Below are positions 57,302-64,000 of a DNA stretch of 64,000 nt, piece by piece. Source of the stretch: an uncultured Candidatus Rokubacteria bacterium (GTDB taxonomy: Bacteria > Methylomirabilota > Methylomirabilia > Rokubacteriales > DASRDR01); the NCBI GenBank assembly GCA_963805625.1, contig CAWDVE010000010.1:704001-768000 (forward strand). The letters run 5' to 3'. Each line of letters begins with the position of its first letter. The first letter of the stretch is position 1. Below the pieces are notes generated by a model, which was not told where the DNA came from, did no database searches, and saw only the letters and a list, made by a program, of their open reading frames with translations. A program made the translations under genes and the position numbers.

Positions 57302-58930
57302 CTAGGCGCGCCGCAGCTTCATGTTGAAGCGCCGGACCTCGAACTGCTGATTCGGGTTCGGCGTGAAGTCCAAGTGCTTCTGCAGCCCGTAGTCCTCGTA
57401 GGGCTGCATGATGATGACCCAGCCAAACGCCTTGTCCAGCATGATCTTCGTCATCTTGCGATAGGCCTCGGCCCGGAACTTCTCGTCGAGCGAGAAGCGC
57501 GCGGCGTTGCCGAGCTCGTCCCACTCGGCGTCCCGGAAGTAGTCTTGGGGGCCGTTCGGCGCGAGCAGGCGCCACATCATCCCGTCAGGATCGCGGAGCG
57601 TGGAGGTGGGATCCGTCCACCAGAGACCCTTGAAGGTCCTGTTGCGGTTCTTCTCGGCGCGCACAGAGTACTCGACCACCTCGACGGCGGCGTTCAGACC
57701 CACGTCCTTCCACATGCTCGCGACCGCCTCGGACATCGCCTTGTCCTGGGCGACGTAGCCGATCGTCGTCTCGATGATGATCGGCTCGTTCTTGTACCCC
57801 GACTTCTTCACGAGCTCTCGCGCCTCCTTCGGGTCGAAGCGGAGGGGTGGGAGGGACGAATCGTAGTGCCGGTCGCCCTGCGCGATCGGCCCGTTGGGGA
57901 CGATCGCCCGACCCCGGTACATCTCCTTCACGATGGACTCGCGGTCCACGGCGAGCGCCATCGCCCGGCGGACGAGCTCGTTGTTCAGCGGCGGGTTCTT
58001 GGCGTTGATCCCGAGGCAGTACAGACCCGCGTAGAGGGCGCCGACGCCGCGCGTCGTCGCGTTCTGGTTCACGCGATCCCAGTGGTCCGACGGGAGCTGC
58101 GTGATCGCGTCGACCTCGCCCTTGAGCAGCGCGGCCACGCGAGGCGCCGTCTCCGGAATCGGACGGAACACGACCTGGTCGACCTCGATCTTCCCGCCCC
58201 AGTAGTCCGCGTAAGCCTCGAAGACGGCCTTGTCGTCCTTGACCCAGGACGAGAGCCGCATCGGCCCCGTCCCCACGGGCTTGGCATTGAACGTGTCCGG
58301 CCCGACGTTCTCCAGGTACTTCTTCGGAACGATCTGTCCGCCGTAGAACGCGAGCCGGTCCGGGAGCAGCGGATCCGACTTCTTCGTGTGGACCACGAGC
58401 GTGTACGGGTCCGGAGCCTCGATCCGGTCGATCGTCGTGAAGACGGTCGCCACCATCGTCTTGGCCGCCGGATCGAACGTCCGCTCCAGGCTGAACTTGG
58501 CGTCCGCCGACGTGAAGGGGTCGCCGTTGTGCCACTTCACCCCCTGGCGGAGCTTGAACGTCCATGTCGTGGACGTGGTCGCCTTCCACTCGGTGGCGAG
58601 CCCCGGATACACCTTCTGGTCAGGATGCCGGCTGGTCAGGTTGTCGAAGACGTTGAAGGAGACCCGGATGTCGTTCGAGGACGTCGAGAAGTGCGGATCG
58701 AACTTCGAGACGTCACCGCTCTGCGCGACCACCAGGTCGCGCTTCTGCGTCATCTGCGCTCGCGCCCGCGCCGGAGCCGCCGCGTCGGCCAGCGTGCCCG
58801 CCCCGGCCGCGGTCAGCCCGAGCAGCCCTGCGCGGCGCAGGAAGTCGCGCCGCGACACGGCACCTCTCTCGAACGCGTTCACGAGCGCCTCGACCGTCGG
58901 AGTTTCCGCGTTCCGCCTCTCATGCTCCAT
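57302..58930 (-). CDS. Family 5 ABC substrate-binding protein, Tat-exported
   Basis: SRRDFLRR Tat motif, FKLRQGVKWHNG, PVGTGP; AGGAGG SD. Confidence 0.93.
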   Translation of the reverse strand: MEHERRNAETPTVEALVNAFERGAVSRRDFLRRAGLLGLTAAGAGTLADAAAPARARAQMTQKRDLVVAQSGDVSKFDPHFSTSSNDIRVSFNVFDNLTSRHPDQKVYPGLATEWKATTSTTWTFKLRQGVKWHNGDPFTSADAKFSLERTFDPAAKTMVATVFTTIDRIEAPDPYTLVVHTKKSDPLLPDRLAFYGGQIVPKKYLENVGPDTFNAKPVGTGPMRLSSWVKDDKAVFEAYADYWGGKIEVDQVVFRPIPETAPRVAALLKGEVDAITQLPSDHWDRVNQNATTRGVGALYAGLYCLGINAKNPPLNNELVRRAMALAVDRESIVKEMYRGRAIVPNGPIAQGDRHYDSSLPPLRFDPKEARELVKKSGYKNEPIIIETTIGYVAQDKAMSEAVASMWKDVGLNAAVEVVEYSVRAEKNRNRTFKGLWWTDPTSTLRDPDGMMWRLLAPNGPQDYFRDAEWDELGNAARFSLDEKFRAEAYRKMTKIMLDKAFGWVIIMQPYEDYGLQKHLDFTPNPNQQFEVRRFNMKLRRA

Positions 58931-58998
58931 CGTCAGCCTCCTCGCCTGCGGGTTGACACACCGATGCCGTCTGGATCGCGCCGTTGCGGGGTACGCCA

Positions 58999-59027
58999 AA
59001 GGTAGAGAATGGCCGAACCCTTGTCAA
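58999..59027 (-). promoter_or_regulatory. Sigma70 promoter of the ABC operon
   Basis: Minus strand TTGACA, 17 bp, TACCTT. Confidence 0.55.
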
Positions 59028-59063
59028 GCCGAGGAGCCGCATGGTAGGGTCGCCGCGGGCCTG

Positions 59064-59576
59064 ATGGCGCTCACCCCGGCCGAGTTCCGCACCGCGCTCC
59101 GCTCCTTCGCGACCGGCGTCACCGTCGTGACGACTCGCGATCGGGAGGGACACCCCTCGGGCCTAACCGCCAGCGCCTTCACGTCCGTCTCGCTGGATCC
59201 GCCGCTCGTCCTCATCTGCGTCGATCACGCGGCCACGGCCCACCCCGATCTCCGCGAGCGGGGCTGGTTCGCCGTCAACATCCTGCGCCGCGAGCAGGAG
59301 ACGTTGTCGCGCCGGTTCGCGGTGTCGGGCGGTGATAAGTTCCGCGGCGTGGCGTGCCACGACGGCCGGGCGGGCCTACCGCTCCTCGATGGCGCCCTGA
59401 CGACCCTCGAGTGCCGGATCGTCGAGGCGCACGAGGCGGGGGACCACACGATCTTCATCGCGCAGGTGGAGGCCGCCTCCGTCACGGGGGGGAGGCCGCT
59501 CGTGTACTTCCACGGCAGTTACCACGGCCTCACGGCGGGCGGTGAAGCCCCGGCTGGCGGTGGGGGCCAGCCCTGA
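59064..59576 (+). CDS. Flavin reductase family protein (HpaC/RutF-like)
   Basis: FATGVTVVT, SVSLDPPLV, GDHTIF, PLVY. Confidence 0.94.
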   Translation: MALTPAEFRTALRSFATGVTVVTTRDREGHPSGLTASAFTSVSLDPPLVLICVDHAATAHPDLRERGWFAVNILRREQETLSRRFAVSGGDKFRGVACHDGRAGLPLLDGALTTLECRIVEAHEAGDHTIFIAQVEAASVTGGRPLVYFHGSYHGLTAGGEAPAGGGGQP

Positions 59577-59719
59577 CGACGGGTCGGACCGGCGCGACGC
59601 GTCAACCCGGCCAGCAGGCACTCTCACCTGGAAGGTGTCGGCTCGCCGCTGTCGGGAAGCGTCGCGCTGCGCCCGCCGTCGATGCGCCGTATCACGGTCA
59701 AGAACCGAGGGGGGGTGTC

Positions 59720-60364
59720 ATGCCACAGCATCCCGCGCCTCTCCGCCTCGAGCCGCGCGATCTCGACGATCGGCTGTCGGCCGGCGCCGTCCTCGTCGAT
59801 ACCCGTGATCCGCGAGTGTTCGGCGCCGGACACGTCGCCGGCAGCCTGAACGTCTGGATCGACGGACCCCAGTTCGCGGAGCGAGTCGCCTGGTTCGTTC
59901 GGCCACGTGCCTCGCTCGCCCTCCTCGTGGAGACCGAGGCCGACGTTGCCCGTGTGGTCCCTCCCCTCGTTCGGGTCGGGCTGGACGACATAGCTGGGTA
60001 CGTCGTCGGCACCGCCGCGGTGCGCGCCTGCGGGCTGCCGGTCGCGACTCTGGCCAATATCACCGTCCAGGAGCTGGCCCATCGCGTCGCTCACGAGCCC
60101 GATCTCGTCGTCCTCGACGTGCGGGAGCCAGCCGAGTGGATGGACGGGCACATGCCGGGCGCGCGTCATATCCCGATGCGACAGGTTGGGGAGCGGATCG
60201 CCGAGATCCCGCGGGATCGCCGGGTCGCCCTCACCTGCGCCGGCGGCACCCGCTCGAGCCTCGTCGCGAGCCTGCTCCTCGCGCGCGGCTTCACGGATCT
60301 CGTCAAAGTCTGGGGCGGGATGAACGGGTGGGCGCAGGCAGGGCTGCCGATCGCCCGCGACTGA
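59720..60364 (+). CDS. Double rhodanese-like domain protein
   Basis: DTR..FGAGHVAGS, DVREPAEW..GHMPGA, CAGGTRS, GGMNGW. Confidence 0.88.
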   Translation: MPQHPAPLRLEPRDLDDRLSAGAVLVDTRDPRVFGAGHVAGSLNVWIDGPQFAERVAWFVRPRASLALLVETEADVARVVPPLVRVGLDDIAGYVVGTAAVRACGLPVATLANITVQELAHRVAHEPDLVVLDVREPAEWMDGHMPGARHIPMRQVGERIAEIPRDRRVALTCAGGTRSSLVASLLLARGFTDLVKVWGGMNGWAQAGLPIARD

Positions 60365-60462
60365 GGAACCGCGTGAGCCGAAGCGCACGCGTCGGCCCAT
60401 GAGCCAATCCGAGTGACACGCGCCGGGCTCCGCGGCCCGGGCAGGGGGCCGGCGAGCTTCCC

Positions 60463-61572
60463 GTGAATCTCCTCGAGATCTACCCCAAGGGTGACTTCTA
60501 CACCGGCGCGGCCATCCAGCTCCGCGATCTCGCGCGCGGGCTCGCCCTGCACGGGCACCGCGTGTCCGTGGTGACGCGGGCGAGCGAGCGGTGGGCCGCC
60601 GAGGCCCGCGCCGCCGGCTTCACTCACCTCGGGTTCTTCCGTGGACCCGTAGATCCCGTCGGGGCCGCGCGCCTCGCCGGGGTTCTCCGCCGTGAGCGGA
60701 TCGAGGTCGTGCACGCCCACAAGGGCGGAGGGCGGACCCTCACGCTCTTCGCGCGAGGTCTCGGGCCGCGACCGCCCCTCGTGGTCAATCGCGGCGTGAG
60801 CTTCCCCATTGCGCCACTGAGCCGTTGGGTAGACGGAAGCCGCGCCGTGGCGCGCATCGTCGCCGTGTGCCAGGCGATCAAGGACGATCTCGTCCGCCAG
60901 GGGCTCCCGGCGGCGAAGATCGACGTCGTCTACTCCGGAACCGACACCGACTGGTTCGACCCCGGCCGCGCGAGCGGTGCCGGCGTCCGCCAGGAGCTCG
61001 GCCTCCACCCCGGCGCACCGCTCATCACGCAGATCGGCGTCCGGGAGCCCAAGGGCAACGACGACCTCCTGCGGGCGTTCGCGCGGATCCGCGCGGCGCG
61101 GCCGGACGCCCGCCTGCTTCTCGTGGGGGCACGCCCCGAGAAGCTGGCGCCTCTCGAGATCCTTGCCCGGGCCGGTGGCCTGGGCGATGCGGTCACGATC
61201 TGGGGCTACCGGGACGACGTGCCCGAGGTGCTCGCCGCCACGCAAGTCTCGGTCGACGCCTCCTACGAAGGGCTCGGCATCACCGGCACGCTCCGCGAGT
61301 CCCTGGCCATGGAGACACCGGTGGTGGCGACCCGGGCGATGGGTAACCCGGAGCTCGTCGGCCACGAGGAGCATGGCCTCCTCGTCCCGGCCCGGGACCC
61401 CGAGGCGCTCGCGGCCGCCGTTCTCCGGCTCCTCGCTGACCCGGCGTGGGCGCGGACTCTCGGACAGGCCGGCCGCGTCCGAGTCGTGGCGGGCTTCTCA
61501 ACCCGGGCAAAGATCGAGCGGCTCGAGACCCTGTACGCTCGCGTGGCCCGCGCCGGTTCGTGCCAGAGCTGA
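60463..61572 (+). CDS. GT4 family glycosyltransferase
   Basis: GT-B motifs EPKG, EGLGITGTLRESLAMETPVVAT, GLLVP. Confidence 0.92.
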   Translation: MNLLEIYPKGDFYTGAAIQLRDLARGLALHGHRVSVVTRASERWAAEARAAGFTHLGFFRGPVDPVGAARLAGVLRRERIEVVHAHKGGGRTLTLFARGLGPRPPLVVNRGVSFPIAPLSRWVDGSRAVARIVAVCQAIKDDLVRQGLPAAKIDVVYSGTDTDWFDPGRASGAGVRQELGLHPGAPLITQIGVREPKGNDDLLRAFARIRAARPDARLLLVGARPEKLAPLEILARAGGLGDAVTIWGYRDDVPEVLAATQVSVDASYEGLGITGTLRESLAMETPVVATRAMGNPELVGHEEHGLLVPARDPEALAAAVLRLLADPAWARTLGQAGRVRVVAGFSTRAKIERLETLYARVARAGSCQS

Positions 61573-61704
61573 TCGCTCAGCTCTCGACCCGCCGGCCCCC
61601 GCGGCCGCCAGGGGCGCCCTGACCCCGATCTGGGCGCGTCTCCCGCGCACCAGAATCGCGCCGCCGAACCCACGCCGCTGCTACAATACGCGCACGGACT
61701 CGCC

Positions 61705-63459
61705 GTGAGCGTCTTCAAGCGCCTCCTTCCGTACGTCCGTCCCTATTGGTCCTGGCTCGTCGCCGGGGGTCTCCTGGCCATCGTGGTCTCCGGCGCCGAC
61801 GGGCTCATCGCCTGGCTCGTGAAGCCGGCCATGGACGAGATTTTCATCCGGCGCGACCTGACGATGCTGAAGCTCCTCCCGCTCCTCATCCTCGGGGTGT
61901 ACGTCGTCAAAGGCGTGGGGCGGTACGGCCAGTCGTACATGATGGCCTCCGTCGGCGAGCGGGTGATTACGGCCCTCCGGCGCGACCTCTACGCGCACAT
62001 TCAGGCCATGCCGCTTGCGTTCTTCCAGGGCCGGCACTCCGCCGACCTCATGTCCCGCGTCGTGGTCGATGCCAGCCGCCTGGCCCGTCTGTCGTCCGAG
62101 GTCCTGGTCATGGCGTTCCGGCAGGTCTGCACCGTGGTCGCGCTCCTCGCCGTCATGCTGACGCAGGAGACGCGGCTCACACTCCTCGCCCTGATCGCCT
62201 TCCCCCTGGTCGGGCTCACGATCCGCTCCATGGGCCGGCGGCTCTACTCCATCAACCGCCGCACACAGGAGCAGATCGCCGCGCTGAACACAGTCCTCCA
62301 GGAGGCGCTGGCCGGCACTAAGATCGTCAAGGCCTTCGGTCGCGAGGCGCACGAGCAAGCCCGATTCGACCTGGTCAACCGCCGGTTGCTCGAACTGTCG
62401 CTGAAGGACCGCCGAGTCGATGAGCTGTCCGAGCCCATCATGGAGATCCTCGCGGCCCTCGGACTGATGGCCATCCTCTGGTACGGGGGCTTCCGCGTGA
62501 TCCAGGGGGCCATGACGCCCGGCACGCTCTTCTCCTTCGTGACGGCCACCCTGATGCTCTACGGTCCCGTGCGCAAGCTCTCCCGGATCGCGAACCTCGC
62601 CCAGCAGACCACGCCCTCTGCCGAGCGGATCTTCGAGATCCTCTCCCTCCAGCCCGCGGTCTCGGATGCACCGGACGCGCTCACGCTGGACGATTTCCGT
62701 CAGGCGATCGAGTTCGACCACGTCTGGTTCCGCTACGAGAACGGCGAGATGGCGCTCAAGGACATCTGTCTGACCGTCCGGCGCGGCGAAGTGGTCGCGC
62801 TCGTGGGAATGAGCGGTGGCGGCAAGTCGACCCTGACGGACCTCATCCCGCGCTTCCACGACGCCACGCAGGGCCAGATCCTCGTCGACGGCATCGACAT
62901 CCGGCGCTACACGCAGGCGTCGCTCCGGAACCAGATCGCGATCGTCACCCAGGACACCTTTCTGTTCCACGACTCGATCGAGGAGAACATCGCCTATGGC
63001 AAGGTGGGCGCGACGGCGGAGGAGATCGAGCGCGCCGCCCGGGCCGCCTACGCCCACGACTTCATCGTCGCGATGCCCGACGGTTACCAGAGCCTCGCCG
63101 GGGAGCGCGGCGTGAAGCTCTCCGGGGGGCAGCGGCAGCGGATCGCCCTCGCGCGGGCGTTCCTGAAGGATCCTCCGATCCTCATCCTGGACGAGGCCAC
63201 CTCCGACCTCGACGCCGAGAGCGAGTACATCGTGCAGCAGGCTCTCGCCGACCTCACCAAGGGGCGGACCGTCGTCCTCATCGCGCACCGCCTGTCGACC
63301 GTCCGTCTTGCTCACCGGATCGCCGTATTCCACGAGGGCCGCATCGTGGAGGAAGGCACCCACGACGAGCTCCTGGGCCAGGATGGTGTGTACCGGCGCC
63401 TCCATGCGCTCCAGTTCGCGACCTCCAGCGCTGGCGGTGCCGGTGACGCAGGCAGCTGA
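61705..63459 (+). CDS. msbA: MsbA-like lipid ABC exporter
   Basis: TM domain plus GMSGGGKST, LSGGQRQR, LDEATS, IAHRLST; LPS-gene context. Confidence 0.8.
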   Translation: MSVFKRLLPYVRPYWSWLVAGGLLAIVVSGADGLIAWLVKPAMDEIFIRRDLTMLKLLPLLILGVYVVKGVGRYGQSYMMASVGERVITALRRDLYAHIQAMPLAFFQGRHSADLMSRVVVDASRLARLSSEVLVMAFRQVCTVVALLAVMLTQETRLTLLALIAFPLVGLTIRSMGRRLYSINRRTQEQIAALNTVLQEALAGTKIVKAFGREAHEQARFDLVNRRLLELSLKDRRVDELSEPIMEILAALGLMAILWYGGFRVIQGAMTPGTLFSFVTATLMLYGPVRKLSRIANLAQQTTPSAERIFEILSLQPAVSDAPDALTLDDFRQAIEFDHVWFRYENGEMALKDICLTVRRGEVVALVGMSGGGKSTLTDLIPRFHDATQGQILVDGIDIRRYTQASLRNQIAIVTQDTFLFHDSIEENIAYGKVGATAEEIERAARAAYAHDFIVAMPDGYQSLAGERGVKLSGGQRQRIALARAFLKDPPILILDEATSDLDAESEYIVQQALADLTKGRTVVLIAHRLSTVRLAHRIAVFHEGRIVEEGTHDELLGQDGVYRRLHALQFATSSAGGAGDAGS

Positions 63460-63487
63460 ACGACCGTGAACTGAGCGCCGGTCAACC

Positions 63488-64000
63488 GTGGATCTCGCCG
63501 CGCCCCGCCCCCTCCCACTCGGTCGCTCGCGCGACTGGCCCGCCCTCGCCCGGGATGGCGTCCTCATGGGGTTCTTCGTCGCCATGGCGTGCTCGATCAG
63601 CCTCACCCAGGGACTGCTGGCCCTCCTCTGCCTGCTCGTCCTCACCCCGGCGGGCTTGGCGGGACGCCTCGGCGCAGCCGAGACGCACGCCGCGACCGTA
63701 CCGGCTGCCGGGGCGTGGAGCGACCTCGCCTCGCTGCGCCGGCATCCCCTCACGCCCCCATTCCTGACCTTCGCCGGGTTGACTCTCCTGTCCGCCGCGT
63801 TCTCGGGCAACCCGGGGTGGAGCTTCTGGATCGCGCGGGATCTGCTCCGGATCGCGACCTTCTACCTGGTCCTCCTGTGCACGCGGGACAGCCGCCACGC
63901 GATGCGGCTGTGGCAGGCCTTCCTGGCGACCCTGACCCTCATGGCCGCCTACGGCCTCGGGCAAGCCTTCCTGTGCGGCACACGCCCGGCCTCCGTGTCG
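63488..64000 (+). CDS. Membrane protein, probably O-antigen ligase family (runs off the window)
   Basis: Not in the ORF track; open from GTG 63488: MDLAAPRP...LMGFFVAMACSISLTQGLL...LLSAAFS...AAYGLGQ; follows GT4 and MsbA. Confidence 0.6.
   Translation, partial: MDLAAPRPLPLGRSRDWPALARDGVLMGFFVAMACSISLTQGLLALLCLLVLTPAGLAGRLGAAETHAATVPAAGAWSDLASLRRHPLTPPFLTFAGLTLLSAAFSGNPGWSFWIARDLLRIATFYLVLLCTRDSRHAMRLWQAFLATLTLMAAYGLGQAFLCGTRPASVS

Noticed and set aside
1-64000. CRISPR arrays, tRNA/rRNA genes, transposases, integrases, prophage or defence genes
   Set aside because: I saw no regularly spaced repeats, cloverleaf motifs or matching protein signatures by eye; short or degenerate elements could have been missed.

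Overview
A GC-rich (roughly 70% by eye) bacterial chromosomal segment with about 60 genes. The gene set (MsbA, O-antigen ligase-like protein, OmpA lipoprotein, sigma54 systems, Tat-exported binding proteins) indicates a diderm bacterium; a Rokubacteria/Methylomirabilota-like soil organism is my guess, not a demonstrated assignment. Most content is core or metabolic: meaB, a CaiB CoA-transferase, cytochromes c, tsaB-rimI, pyrE-like, a B12 radical SAM enzyme, glyA-nrdR, EmrAB, sulfurtransferases, AttEFGH-like ABC genes, GGT, two sigma54 regulatory modules, a Ski2-like helicase, Mrp, a dipeptide ABC system and LPS-related genes. I saw no rRNA, tRNA, CRISPR array or transposase. The main observations are missed by the ORF track. 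(1) Two genes contain an in-frame UGA followed by a SECIS-like hairpin whose loop G lies at +24 in both: a UxxC glutaredoxin fused to a DinB-type domain (21093-21842) and a family I CoA-transferase-fold alpha subunit (49498-50301) whose beta partner seems to lack the usual catalytic Glu. (2) A stand-alone 11-codon Lys-rich gene, MAKKKATKKKK (8627-8662), has its own promoter, strong SD and hairpin. (3) A sigma54 kinase/regulator/lipoprotein module lies upstream of an OmpA gene with a -24/-12 promoter and repeated enhancer-like boxes. (4) There are two structured intergenic RNA candidates and many apparently leaderless genes.
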